From an uncultured Candidatus Binatia bacterium (GTDB taxonomy: Bacteria > Desulfobacterota > Binatia > UBA9968 > JAJDTQ01), in assembly GCA_964291295.2 (NCBI GenBank), contig OZ219754.1, positions 992,001 through 1,056,000 of the forward strand: 64,000 bases of DNA. Reading direction: 5' to 3'. The notes under the pieces were generated by a model. The model had not been told where the DNA came from. It saw only the letters and a program-made list of their open reading frames with translations, and ran no database searches. Positions 36,287-46,548 of this stretch are shown here, piece after piece. The number at the start of each line of letters is the position of its first letter. The stretch's first letter is position 1. The position numbers and the translations under genes were made by a program.

Positions 36287-36288
36287 CG

Positions 36289-37323
36289 GTGCCGGAGTCT
36301 CCGCCTGACAGTCGCAGAGGCCTCCTCATCGCCGGCGGTCTCATCCTGTTCGCCGCGCTCTTCGTCCTCGGTTACATGGCCGCGTTTCTCCTGACCCCCT
36401 ATCACGGCCATTCATCGGTTGCGGATATCGAGATCCGGCGCGGCGCCGCGTTCTCGGCGGTGGCCCGAGAGCTTGCCGACAAGGGGGTGGTCTCCCAGCC
36501 GCGACTGTTGGGGTTGTGGGCCTGGCTTCAGGGGCTCGATACCCGAGTGCAGCGCGGCCTCTATCGTTTCGAGGGCGCGGTGTCGCCGCGGTCGCTGCTG
36601 AACAGCCTCGTCCGTGGTCGGACCGTTGTCAGGAAGGTCACGATTCCCGAGGGTTTCACGGTCCGGCAGGTCCGCGGCCGCCTGGAGCAGCAAGGACTGG
36701 CGACCCCGGCTGGGTTCGCCGCGGCGGTGCGGGAAACCGCGGTCTTCGCATCCCTGGGGGTCGAGAGCCTGGAGGGCTACCTGTTCCCCACCACCTATCT
36801 TTTCCGCGCCTCGGCTACCGAAGAAGAGATCGTCAAGACCATGTTCGCCGAGTTCGAGGAGACTTTCACCGCCGCAATGGAGAGCCGCGCCCGGCAACTG
36901 GGCATGACGCGGCACGAGTTGGTGACGTTGGCGTCGATCATCGAGAAGGAAAGCGGCTCCACCGACGAGATGCCGGTGATTTCCGCGGTCTTCCACAACC
37001 GCCTGAAGCGGGGGATGCGGCTTCAGAGCGATCCGACGGTCATCTACGGTCTGGAGAACTTCAACGGCGACCTGACGCGCGCGGACCTGCGCCGGCCCAG
37101 CCCCTACAACACCTACGAGGTCCACGGCCTGCCCCCGGGACCCATTGCCAACCCTGGCTTGGCAGCCATGAAGGCCGCGCTCCATCCGGCGGAAGTCGAT
37201 TACCTCTACTTCGTGTCCCGGAATGACGGCAGCCACCACTTTTCCGGAAGTCTCCGGGATCACAACATGGCGGTCCGGAAGTATCAGAAGACGCGCCGGC
37301 GGGCGGCGCGCACGGCGCCGTAG
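36289..37323 (+). CDS. mltG: Endolytic transglycosylase MltG
   Basis: N-terminal TM, VTIPEG, LEGYLFPTTY, LASIIEKE, NRLKRGMRLQSDPTV, SPYNTY, GLPPGPIANPG; start uncertain (TTG 36256 possible). Confidence 0.95.
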   Translation: MPESPPDSRRGLLIAGGLILFAALFVLGYMAAFLLTPYHGHSSVADIEIRRGAAFSAVARELADKGVVSQPRLLGLWAWLQGLDTRVQRGLYRFEGAVSPRSLLNSLVRGRTVVRKVTIPEGFTVRQVRGRLEQQGLATPAGFAAAVRETAVFASLGVESLEGYLFPTTYLFRASATEEEIVKTMFAEFEETFTAAMESRARQLGMTRHELVTLASIIEKESGSTDEMPVISAVFHNRLKRGMRLQSDPTVIYGLENFNGDLTRADLRRPSPYNTYEVHGLPPGPIANPGLAAMKAALHPAEVDYLYFVSRNDGSHHFSGSLRDHNMAVRKYQKTRRRAARTAP

Positions 37324-37362
37324 GGAACACCCGGGACAGGGAACTGGGGACAGGCACCATCC

Positions 37363-38007
37363 TTGGCTTCGCCGGCGCTTCAGATCGACCGTCTTACCGT
37401 TCGCCTTGGCGGGCGGACCGTCGTCGACGGGCTCTCCCTGGCCCTCGGGCACGGCGAAAGGGTTGTCATCACGGGCGACTCCGGCTCCGGCAAATCCACC
37501 CTGCTGCGCTGCGTCCTTGGCTTCGTGCCCGGGTTCGAAGGACAGATCCGGGTGGACGGCGAGCGGGTTGACGCCGCCTCCATCTGGAAGCTCCGCACGC
37601 GCATGGCTTACGTGGCTCAGGAGCCGCAGCTCGGAACCGAACGGGTCCGGGTCGTCCTGGAGCGGCCCTTCGGCTACCGGGCCAACAAGGCGTTGCGGTC
37701 CAACCTGTCGCGCATCCCCGACCTGTTCGAACGCCTGTTGCTCTCCACGGACCTGCTCGACAAGGAGATGGCCACGCTTTCGGGCGGCGAGAAGCAGCGG
37801 GTCGCCATTGCCTCTGCGCTCTTGCTGGGGCGTGGCATCCTGCTGCTGGACGAGCCGACCTCGGCGCTGGACAAGTCGGCCCGGGCGGCGGTGGCCGATC
37901 TCCTGTCCGCACCGTCGGGGCCGGCCGTGCTGGCGGCGGCCCACGACGTGGCCGATCTGCCCGTGTCCGCCCGGGTGCTGGCACTGCCGGGGGGAAGCCT
38001 CGGATGA
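37363..38007 (+). CDS. ABC transporter ATP-binding protein (FetA-like)
   Basis: GDSGSGKS, LSGGEKQR, LLLDEPTSALD. Confidence 0.9.
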   Translation: MASPALQIDRLTVRLGGRTVVDGLSLALGHGERVVITGDSGSGKSTLLRCVLGFVPGFEGQIRVDGERVDAASIWKLRTRMAYVAQEPQLGTERVRVVLERPFGYRANKALRSNLSRIPDLFERLLLSTDLLDKEMATLSGGEKQRVAIASALLLGRGILLLDEPTSALDKSARAAVADLLSAPSGPAVLAAAHDVADLPVSARVLALPGGSLG

Positions 38008-38798
38008 ACATCGCGGACATCGATTTCGTCCGGCTCGCCGCCGGCTACGCCCTGCTGCTGGCTCCCCTCGCCTTTCTCCTGTGGTACCGGGTGCCGCTGT
38101 TCAGGGACAGCCTGATCGCCATTCTCAGGATGACCGTCCAACTGCTGTTCGTGGGGTTCTACCTGCAGATCGTCTTCGCCTGGAACAACGCCTGGCTCAA
38201 CGCCGCCTGGCTGCTGGCGATGATCGCCGTGGCGGATGCGTCGATCATACGCGGTTGCGGCCTCCGGTTCGGCCGGTTCGTGCTGCCGGTCTTTCTCGCC
38301 CTGCTGGCGGGCACGCTGGTGCCGCTGCTGTTCTTCATGGGTGCGGTTCTCCGCCAGCCCCGTTGGCTGGAGGCACAGTACGTGATTCCCATCTGCGGCC
38401 TGATCCTCGGCAACTGCCTGCGGGCGGACATCGTGGGAGTCAGCCGTTTCTACCGTTCCGTCCGGGACGGCGAACCCCTTTTTCTGCATCATCTGGCCCA
38501 GGGCGCGCGGTTGGGAGAGGCGGTGACACCGTTTCTGCGCGAGGCCAGCCAGGCTGCGCTGGCGCCAACGGTCGCGTCCATGGCCACCATCGGGCTCGTC
38601 TCGCTGCCGGGAATGATGACGGGAGCCATCCTGGCCGGCGCCGATCCCATGACCGCCATCAAGTACCAGATCGCCGTCATGATCGCGATCTTCTCCGGCA
38701 CGGCCATCACCGTGCCGCTGGTCATATGGCTCACCATGAAGGGCAGCTTCAACGGCGGCGGCGTGCTGGACCGCGGCATCTTCGCACAAGGCCGCTGA
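38004..38798 (+). CDS. ABC transporter permease, UPF0014/FetB-like
   Basis: RMTVQLLFVG, YVIPICGLILGN, GLVSLPGMMTGAILAGADP..AIKYQI. Confidence 0.9.
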   Translation: MNIADIDFVRLAAGYALLLAPLAFLLWYRVPLFRDSLIAILRMTVQLLFVGFYLQIVFAWNNAWLNAAWLLAMIAVADASIIRGCGLRFGRFVLPVFLALLAGTLVPLLFFMGAVLRQPRWLEAQYVIPICGLILGNCLRADIVGVSRFYRSVRDGEPLFLHHLAQGARLGEAVTPFLREASQAALAPTVASMATIGLVSLPGMMTGAILAGADPMTAIKYQIAVMIAIFSGTAITVPLVIWLTMKGSFNGGGVLDRGIFAQGR

Positions 38799-38877
38799 GG
38801 GTGCCGCGGCGCGGTCACCACGGTCACCACGGTCAGTTTTGACAGTGCTCCCCGCCGGCGGACCCGCGGGCAGGGGG

Positions 38878-39045
38878 GACACGGACACGGACACGGACAC
38901 GGACACGGACACGGACACGGACACGGATACGGACACGGACACGGATACGGACACGGACACGGATACGGACACGGACACGGATACGGACACGGACACGGAT
39001 ACGGATACGGACACGGACACGGACACGGACACGGACACGGACACG
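38878..39045. repeat. Hexanucleotide tandem repeat (GAYACG) x28
   Basis: 168 nt of GACACG with some GATACG variants, ending at the GGAGGAG RBS of the next gene. Confidence 0.97.
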
Positions 39046-39057
39046 GAGGAGACACTC

Positions 39058-39360
39058 ATGGATGCATCCGATATCGCGCGGGTCTACGGCCTGGCGGCCA
39101 GGGCGGGCTCCCTGGAGGGGTATCTCTACACCGGGTCGGGCATCGAGATGGAGTACCTGCCGGGCTGGCTCGGCAACATCGAGCGGGAGTTCGACGCGTT
39201 GCCGCCCGAGGCGCGGCGCGCCTGTGCCGAAGCCCATCATGAGGTGCTGCGCAAGGTGGCGGGCTACCTCCGGCGGTCGTGCGGCAACGGCGACCCCAAC
39301 GCCCTCAAGGCGCAGATGATGGTGGATGTGGTCAAGGGTGTCATGGAGCCGCAACGCTGA
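39058..39360 (+). CDS. Hypothetical protein (100 aa)
   Basis: GGAGGAG RBS, MDASDIARVYGLAARAGSLEGYLY...; host-like codon usage. Confidence 0.7.
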   Translation: MDASDIARVYGLAARAGSLEGYLYTGSGIEMEYLPGWLGNIEREFDALPPEARRACAEAHHEVLRKVAGYLRRSCGNGDPNALKAQMMVDVVKGVMEPQR

Positions 39361-39377
39361 TAGTGTAGACTGACAGC

Positions 39378-39779
39378 GTGGACGTGGATGGACGTAGAGT
39401 CCGGGGGAGCGAACCGATGACCGTCGCGCGGCGGCGGGGCCGGACCCTTGAGCCGGTGGGTGCGGACGACCTTGAGGGGGTGCCCGGGGAGCTTGCGCGC
39501 AGCCCGGACACGTGCGCGTGGCGCGTGAGGGGCGATTTTTCCGTCGAGGAGGAGGTCCGCGACGGCGACGTGATCCTGGTGCAGTCGGCGCCCCCGGCGC
39601 GGGACGGCGACACGGTGGCGGTGCTGGTCGAGGGCGAGGCCATGGTCAGGCGGTTCTGCCGGCGGGACGGCAAAGTGATGCTGCGGGCCGCCGGCGAGGG
39701 GCTCGCCGCCGTGGTGGCGAAGGAAGAGGACGTGGATATCCGCGGCGTGGTGGTCGCGGTGGTCCGGAAGTACGAGTAG
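39378..39779 (+). CDS. Stand-alone LexA/S24 C-terminal-like domain with catalytic residues substituted
   Basis: WRVRGDFS...DGDVILVQ...[18 protein letters not shown]...[13 protein letters not shown] resembles the LexA CTD; no HTH. Confidence 0.78.
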   Translation: MDVDGRRVRGSEPMTVARRRGRTLEPVGADDLEGVPGELARSPDTCAWRVRGDFSVEEEVRDGDVILVQSAPPARDGDTVAVLVEGEAMVRRFCRRDGKVMLRAAGEGLAAVVAKEEDVDIRGVVVAVVRKYE

Positions 39780-39796
39780 ACGAGGAGAAACTGTCG

Positions 39797-41839
39797 ATGA
39801 ACCGCCTGGTCAACGAGACGAGCCCCTACCTGTTGCAGCACGCCGGCAACCCGGTGGACTGGTACCCTTGGGGCGAAGAGGCCTTTGCCAAGGCACGGTC
39901 CGAGGACAAGCCGATCCTCCTGAGCATCGGCTATTCCGCCTGCCACTGGTGCCACGTGATGGAGCACGAGTCGTTCCAGAACGAGGCCATCGCCGCATTG
40001 ATGAACGAGAACTTCGTCAGCATCAAGGTGGACCGGGAGGAACGGCCCGACCTGGACGAGGTCTACATGAACGCCGTGCAGATGCTCACCAAGCGCGGCG
40101 GCTGGCCCATGACGGTGTTTCTGACGCCGGAGTGCAAGCCCTTTTTCGGCGGCACCTACTACCCGCCCGAGGACCGGCACGGCATGCCCGGCTTTCCGAG
40201 GGTGCTGCAGGCGGTGGTGGAGGCTTACCGCAACAAGCCCGAGGATGTGGCCCGGAGCGTGGATCGGATCGTGGCGGCGCTGGACCGCATGAGCGTACTC
40301 GGCGAGACGACCGACGAACTGAGCGTGGACATCGTCACCCGCGGGGCGGAGGGCCTGGCGCCAGCCTACGACACCGCCAACGGCGGCTTCGGCCGGGCGC
40401 CCAAGTTCCCCAACGCCGGCGTGTTCAATCTGTTCCTGCGCGCCCACCGGCTGTCGGGTAACCGACGCTATCTCGAAATGATCACCGAGACGCTCCGGAA
40501 GATGGCCGAGGGCGGCGTGTACGACCAGCTCGGCGGCGGCTTCCACCGCTATTCCGTGGACGACAAGTGGCTGGTGCCCCACTTCGAGAAGATGCTTTAC
40601 GACAACGGCCAGCTCGCGCAGGTCTATGCCGAGGCGTACCGCATCACCGGGGACGGATTTTTCAGGCGCATCGCCGTGGAGACCGTGGAATACGTGCTGC
40701 GGGAAATGTGCCAGCCGGAAGGCGGATTCTACTCCGCCCAGGACGCGGACAGCGAGGGAGAGGAGGGCAGGTTCTTCGTATGGAGCCGTGAGGAGGTCGT
40801 CGAACTCCTAGGCAAAGAGCACGGCGACGTCTTCTGCCGGGTCTACGACGTCTCGGACCTCGGCAATTTCGAGGGCAGGAATATCCTGCACCCCATCCTG
40901 ACCGTGGAGCAGGCCGCCCGGTACTTCAACAAGGACGCGCAAGAGGTCGAGACTGTCCTGGCCGAGTCCCGCGCACGGCTCTTTGCCGAGCGGGAGAAGC
41001 GGATCAAGCCCTTTCGCGACGAGAAAGTCATCGTCTCCTGGAACGGCCTGATGCTGTCGGGGGTGGCCGCGGCCTACGCCATCACCGGCGACGCGCGCAT
41101 CCGGGAGGCAGCCGGCCGGACCGTGGACTTCGTCTTCAACCGCATGTTCGAGAACGGTCTGTTGCTGCACACCTGCAAGGATGGGCAGGCCAAGCTGCCG
41201 GGCTACCTGGACGACTATGCTTTCCTCATCGCCGGTCTGCTGGACCTGTTCGAGGCGACCTTCGACGCGGACCTGTTGGAACGGTCCCGGAGCCTCGCCC
41301 GGATCATGGTGGCGGAATTCCGGGACCAGGAGAACGGTGGGTTCTTCTACACGGGCAAGTCCCACGAGCAGCTCATCAGCCGCACCAAGCCCGGGTTCGA
41401 CAGCTCCATCCCGTCGGGCAATTCGGTGGCGGTGCAGGTGCTCCTGCGGCTCCACCACTACACCGGAGAGCGCGACCTGCTCGAATACGCGGAGAAGACG
41501 CTGCGCCTCCACTTCGACGCCATGACCCGGGAGCCCTTCGGACTCGCCAACATGCTCGGGGCGCTGGACTTGCATCTCTCGAAGCCGGTGGAAATCGTCA
41601 TGGTGGCGGGCAGGGACGACCCGGATGCGCGCGGAATCATGCAGCGGGTGCAGGACAGCTACCTGCCCAACAAGACGCTCCAATGGGTCGATCCGGACGC
41701 CAGGCTCGAGGAAGTCTCGCCGCTGTTGGCGGGGAAATCGCAGCTCGACGGCAAACCGACGGTCTTCGTATGCCGAAACTTCACCTGTGCCCCGCCGGTG
41801 ACAAGCTGGGAAGCCCTGCGGCCACTGCTGGAGCCGTAG
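39797..41839 (+). CDS. Thioredoxin-domain protein YyaL/DUF255
   Basis: [57 protein letters not shown]. Confidence 0.95.
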   Translation: MNRLVNETSPYLLQHAGNPVDWYPWGEEAFAKARSEDKPILLSIGYSACHWCHVMEHESFQNEAIAALMNENFVSIKVDREERPDLDEVYMNAVQMLTKRGGWPMTVFLTPECKPFFGGTYYPPEDRHGMPGFPRVLQAVVEAYRNKPEDVARSVDRIVAALDRMSVLGETTDELSVDIVTRGAEGLAPAYDTANGGFGRAPKFPNAGVFNLFLRAHRLSGNRRYLEMITETLRKMAEGGVYDQLGGGFHRYSVDDKWLVPHFEKMLYDNGQLAQVYAEAYRITGDGFFRRIAVETVEYVLREMCQPEGGFYSAQDADSEGEEGRFFVWSREEVVELLGKEHGDVFCRVYDVSDLGNFEGRNILHPILTVEQAARYFNKDAQEVETVLAESRARLFAEREKRIKPFRDEKVIVSWNGLMLSGVAAAYAITGDARIREAAGRTVDFVFNRMFENGLLLHTCKDGQAKLPGYLDDYAFLIAGLLDLFEATFDADLLERSRSLARIMVAEFRDQENGGFFYTGKSHEQLISRTKPGFDSSIPSGNSVAVQVLLRLHHYTGERDLLEYAEKTLRLHFDAMTREPFGLANMLGALDLHLSKPVEIVMVAGRDDPDARGIMQRVQDSYLPNKTLQWVDPDARLEEVSPLLAGKSQLDGKPTVFVCRNFTCAPPVTSWEALRPLLEP

Positions 41840-41928
41840 GGTCCGGGGGACTCGACACGGAACCGGGCCGTTGAGCGGGTGGGTGCCGCGATTCAGCAAA
41901 AGCTCCAGGATTCGGCAAAGCTCCAGTG

Positions 41929-42891
41929 ATGGCGGTCAACAGGGACAAACCGGACCGGTGGAAACGGGATATCGTGCGGTCAGTGGACATGTACAATGAC
42001 TGGCTCGTGCGATTTGCGCCAAAGGCATACCGGACAACGCGAGTGCGGACCACGAAGGACGTCGAGGCGACACTTGAATCGACCCGGAACCTGACGAATA
42101 TGGGGGTGGAACTGCTGAGGACGAATCCCTCGGTGTTGCCGACATTGCGAATGTCAACCTGTCCGCCCCTGGCTGCGGACCGGCTGATCGGGCTCACGGG
42201 CGTCCCGGGGAATCTGGTCAAGGTAATGGAGAAGCACAACCGGCTTCCTTTGCGGATGGCCGGACGTGAGATCGACAAGGACCTTGAGAAGATCGCGAGG
42301 ACCATCGAAAAGATGGCTGATCCGGATGTCTTTGTCTGGCTGAAGCGCGGGGATGATTCATCCGAACAGGAACTATATCGGGCTGCGACGATTGTGGCGG
42401 ATCGACTGTGCGGTGTCGTTGCCAACCCGATCATCCGCAATGCACAGGAGAAGCGTCAACTGACCGCGATTGGCAACTGGTTGACGGCTCTCGGATACGA
42501 AAACCTGCCGCCGGGCGAAGGCACGAAATACGGCCAGATGCAGCCGGGGACGTATTCGTATCGGCTCAACGTCCCGGTAGAACAGGATGGGACCGCAAAG
42601 AGGGTCAATATTCCTGTGGATGCAGTGGTGATGCCCAAAGCGCCGAAGGCAGGCGAACTGCCGTTGCTGATTGAAGCAAAGTCGGCGGGAGATGTCACAA
42701 ATGTCAACAAACGACGCAAGGAAGAAGCCGCGAAGATGAGCCTGCTGCGACGTACTTATGGTGACGCGGTACGTTACATCCTGTTCCTGTGCGGATACTT
42801 TGACAGTGGCTATCTCGGTTACGAGGCTGCGGAGGGTATCGATTGGGTGTGGGAGCACCGTGTCAACGATCTGGGCGAGTTCGGGTTGTAG
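41929..42891 (+). CDS. XamI-family type II restriction endonuclease
   Basis: MAVNRDKPDRWKRDI, NPIIRNAQEKRQ, PVDAVV...LIEAKSAGDVTNVNKRRKEEA. Confidence 0.8.
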   Translation: MAVNRDKPDRWKRDIVRSVDMYNDWLVRFAPKAYRTTRVRTTKDVEATLESTRNLTNMGVELLRTNPSVLPTLRMSTCPPLAADRLIGLTGVPGNLVKVMEKHNRLPLRMAGREIDKDLEKIARTIEKMADPDVFVWLKRGDDSSEQELYRAATIVADRLCGVVANPIIRNAQEKRQLTAIGNWLTALGYENLPPGEGTKYGQMQPGTYSYRLNVPVEQDGTAKRVNIPVDAVVMPKAPKAGELPLLIEAKSAGDVTNVNKRRKEEAAKMSLLRRTYGDAVRYILFLCGYFDSGYLGYEAAEGIDWVWEHRVNDLGEFGL

Positions 42892-44484
42892 ATGATGGAG
42901 AAAGCCGTTGCAGAATTGGAGGCGCGGCGACTGGCCCTGCAGGATCTGCTTGACGGGCAACGGGACTCCTCTGTTCGAAACCGAATGGGGCAATTTGCGA
43001 CACCGACCGGGCTGGCCGTCGATATTCTGCGCTATGCGAGAAAGCACTTTCAAAGGGGCGAGAAAGTGTGGTTCATGGATCCGGCCATGGGAACGGGATC
43101 GTTCTATTCGGCTTTGCTGGCTGTTTTTCCGCGAACTCACATCGGTACGGCCGTGGGATACGAGATCGACCCGCATTATGGAAGGCCGACAGAGAGACTG
43201 TGGGGCAAGACGGGACTGGACATGCACCTTGAGGATTTCACGCGGGCGGAGGCCCCGGTTCCCGCTGAAAGGTTCAATCTGCTGATCTGCAATCCGCCCT
43301 ATGTGCGGCATCACCACATTGCCAATGACGAGAAGCAAAGATTGAAGACGCGCACGCGGAGCGCCTGCGGGGTGTCGATCAGCGGGCTGGCCGGCCTCTA
43401 TTGCCACTTTTTGGGTATCAGTCATGCGTGGATGGCCGACAATGGGCTGGCAGGGTGGTTGATTCCGAGCGAGTTCATGGATGTGAACTACGGTGTCTCT
43501 GTGAAGCATTATCTGCTCGACAAGGTAACGCTTTTGCATATTCATCGCTTCGATCCGAAGGATGTGCAGTTCGGCGACGCGCTTGTGTCGTCGGCCGTTG
43601 TGTGGTTTCGAAACAAGCCCCCTCCTTTGGGTGGAAACGTAAGATTCACTTATGGCGGAACACTGGAACGACCGTCGCTGGAGCGGTTCGTTTCGGTGGA
43701 GGCTTTGCGTCACGATACAAAGTGGACGCGCTATCCGGCAAAAAAATCTCATGAAGCGGCAGACGGACCGGTCCTGGGCGATTTCTTCAGGATCAAGCGG
43801 GGCCTTGCTACCGGCAACAACAGATACTTTATCCTGTCGGAACGGGAAATCGAGTGCCGTGGATTGCCCATTGAGGCATTCAAGCCAATTCTGCCGAGTC
43901 CACGATACGTTCCGGACGACGAGATCATGTGTGATCGTGGTGGCAATCCGGTTCTGGAACGGCGATTGTTTCTGCTCGACCCGCCTTGGGCGGCAGACGA
44001 GATCAGGGAGCAATATCCGAGTCTGTGGGCCTATCTGGAACAGGGCAAGGCGGAGGGCATCGCGGATCGCTATGTCTGCCGCCATCGGGCGACCTGGTAC
44101 ACACAGGAATGCCGCCCGCCCGCACCGTTTGTCTGTACGTATCTCGGGAGGAGCGACAAGAAGAGTGGCAGCCCCTTTCGCTTTATTCTGAACAATTCCA
44201 AGGCAACGGCGGCAAACGTGTATTTGATGCTGTACCCAAGGGAACCATTCGAACGCGCCCTGCGGGGCAGGCCCGAGCTTAAACGGCGAGTGTGGGAGTA
44301 CCTTAACCGGATTTGCCCCAAGGCCATGCTTGGTGAAGGCCGGGTCTACGGGGGCGGGTTGCACAAACTGGAACCGAAGGAACTTGGCAACGTCCCGGCG
44401 GAAGCATTGGCCGGGCTGTTTCCCACACGGGTGCGGCAACGACCGGAGAGGCAGGGCGAGTTGTTCGAAGGATCGATCGCATAG
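42892..44484 (+). CDS. N6-adenine DNA methyltransferase (gamma class), partner of the REase
   Basis: GQFATP, DPAMGTG, NPPY, GRVYGGGLHKLEPKEL; starts immediately after REase stop. Confidence 0.9.
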   Translation: MMEKAVAELEARRLALQDLLDGQRDSSVRNRMGQFATPTGLAVDILRYARKHFQRGEKVWFMDPAMGTGSFYSALLAVFPRTHIGTAVGYEIDPHYGRPTERLWGKTGLDMHLEDFTRAEAPVPAERFNLLICNPPYVRHHHIANDEKQRLKTRTRSACGVSISGLAGLYCHFLGISHAWMADNGLAGWLIPSEFMDVNYGVSVKHYLLDKVTLLHIHRFDPKDVQFGDALVSSAVVWFRNKPPPLGGNVRFTYGGTLERPSLERFVSVEALRHDTKWTRYPAKKSHEAADGPVLGDFFRIKRGLATGNNRYFILSEREIECRGLPIEAFKPILPSPRYVPDDEIMCDRGGNPVLERRLFLLDPPWAADEIREQYPSLWAYLEQGKAEGIADRYVCRHRATWYTQECRPPAPFVCTYLGRSDKKSGSPFRFILNNSKATAANVYLMLYPREPFERALRGRPELKRRVWEYLNRICPKAMLGEGRVYGGGLHKLEPKELGNVPAEALAGLFPTRVRQRPERQGELFEGSIA

Positions 44485-44660
44485 GCCGTGATGGGCGATT
44501 CCAGATGGGCGATTCCACCTTGTGCAGCGAGGGCTTTGTGTGACCCTCTGTCGCCTGACAGACGACTTCGTGTTTGGCGTCGTATGCAACGGAAGGCATC
44601 GCAGGGTTGCCGGGGCTGTCATCGACAGGTGGACGTATTCACATGAACAAAGCTTGATGC

Positions 44661-45173
44661 ATGCCAATACCAGGGTCCCGTGAAGAACTCCTTGATGCCA
44701 TCGAGACCAACTTTGAGCGTCTTGACAAGGAGCTGCGGACAGTGCCTGCGGCAAGAAGCAACGAAGCGACCCTTGAGGGACATGCCAAGGGTACGGTCAT
44801 GAGTGTCCACGATCTGGCGAGCTATCTCCTGGGTTGGAACAGGCTGGTGCTGAAGTGGATTGAAAAGGATGCGGGGGGCGAGCCGGTGGATTTTCCTGAA
44901 ACCGGTTTCAGATGGAACCAGTTCGGCGAGCTTGCGCAAAAGTTCTACGATGATTTCGACGCCGTTCCCTTTGATCGGCTTCTGGATGATCTCGAAGTCA
45001 CAAAACGGGACATCGTCACGTTCATCTCCGGTCAGACCAACCAATGGCTGTACGGTGAACCATGGTACAGGGAATACACCATGGGCCGAATGATCCAACT
45101 CAATACCTCCTCGCCGTACGCGAACGCCCGCAAGCGGCTGCGGCAATGGAAACGGCAGCACGACATCGTGTGA
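44661..45173 (+). CDS. ClbS/DfsB (DUF1706) four-helix-bundle protein
   Basis: SVHDLASYLLGWN, FPETGFRWNQFGELAQKFY, NTSSPYANARKRLRQWK. Confidence 0.82.
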   Translation: MPIPGSREELLDAIETNFERLDKELRTVPAARSNEATLEGHAKGTVMSVHDLASYLLGWNRLVLKWIEKDAGGEPVDFPETGFRWNQFGELAQKFYDDFDAVPFDRLLDDLEVTKRDIVTFISGQTNQWLYGEPWYREYTMGRMIQLNTSSPYANARKRLRQWKRQHDIV

Positions 45174-45224
45174 TGGAGGCCGCAGGCGACGGACTGGGAT
45201 CGACAGGCCGCACCACATGACGAT

Positions 45225-46548
45225 TCAGCCCGGCGGCAGCTCCTTGGTGTGAGCGAGACAGGCGGTTGGCTCGGTCGGAAGTTGTCCGGGGGGCTGCTGC
45301 AGACCGGATTCCAGAGTCAGGTGCCCCAGGACGGGCAGAAACCGCTCCTGCATCCAACTGCGCATCTGCTCCCAATCGGACCGCTGCACGGGGTGAAAGC
45401 CGTGGGCGAGGATCGAGTTGTTGCGTCTGAAAAGGAGGTCGCGGAGTTTTTCGCCGTGACCGGTGATCAGTTCCCGTGCCGGTCCTTGGAGTTTCCCTCC
45501 CACGACCTGCCATGCAAACCACAGGCCGAGCTTGATCTTGCCGTCATGGTCCGGGGACGGGGCGACGCTCGCGGGCAACAGCTCACGGGGAAAGTTGGCG
45601 GTGTCGGCATCAGGTCCGAGTCTGGTGAGAAGCTGCCACTGAGCGGTCCATTCGAGCAAGCGATACACGCGGGCGGTCGCGTCATCGAAACGGCCTTGGC
45701 TGGCGCGCCGCTCGGCATTCCGCCAGAGGTCCCACAGGCGGGCCGCTTCACGCCGCTTGTCGCTTTCTTGTGTCAGGTATCTCAAGGCCGGCAACATCGT
45801 CGGCCAGCAGGGCTTAATCCGACTGCCGTAGTCCTTGAGTAAATCGAATGCGCCGGCATGGTCGAAGTCGTCCCAGCGAGCCAGCCCTCGGCTGAGCGCA
45901 CGGGCGAGTCCGAGGCGCTCCCTTCCGGGGGTGTCTGCGGTAATCTGGATAGAGTCCAGCCCTTCCTTCCGCGGCTTCGTGGTATGCGCACCGGCGCCAA
46001 GCGGCGAGATAGGGCCTCATCGCACGCTCCAGGCGCAGGCGAGCCACGCTCGCGGTCATTACCTGCTCTGTTCCGCTCCGCACCCGGACGAGGTCGGCGC
46101 GTGCGCCGGCCACCAGCTGGAGTTCCATGTCGTCCCGCTCCAGGGCTGTGCAGACGAGCGCCGCCGTCATCGTCTTCGTGCCGCCGGAATAGTCGGCGAC
46201 CAGCTGCGCGCCGGGGAACCGCTGGGCCAATTCGTCGGCTGCGCGGCGCATGGCGTCGTACGCTCCGTCGAGATTGTCGGCCGGGACGATGTGGTGCTCG
46301 AAACCGTGGTCGTCGAGACCCGCTTGGGTCGGGATATTCGGCAAGGTGGGGTTCTCGTCGTTGTAGCCGGCCTTGATGACCTTGCCTGTGCCGGTTATCT
46401 GTGTGATGGATCCGGACTTCCCGGTCTCCGGGTCCCGGTTCGTGCAAAAGAAACAGACATGGCGAGGTGCGGCAGTTTTGATCGCCCTGAGGATCGGCTG
46501 ATGCGAGCCGCCTACGGTGCAAAGTAGAACAGGCTTGTCTGTCGTCAT
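45225..46548 (-). pseudogene. TIGR02710-family CRISPR-associated CARF(-HEPN) effector, frameshifted by a 4-bp duplication
   Basis: CARF: LCTVGGSHQPI, ADYSGGTKTMTAAL; after correction ARWDDFDH, NAERRASQGRFDDATARVYRLLE, RNNSILAHGF; duplication at 45961-45970 (ccttccttcc). Confidence 0.85.

Noticed and set aside
37674-39354. Poly-SV, poly-CP and poly-RV ORFs on the minus strand
   Set aside because: Alternative readings of the hexamer repeat overlapping real plus-strand genes.
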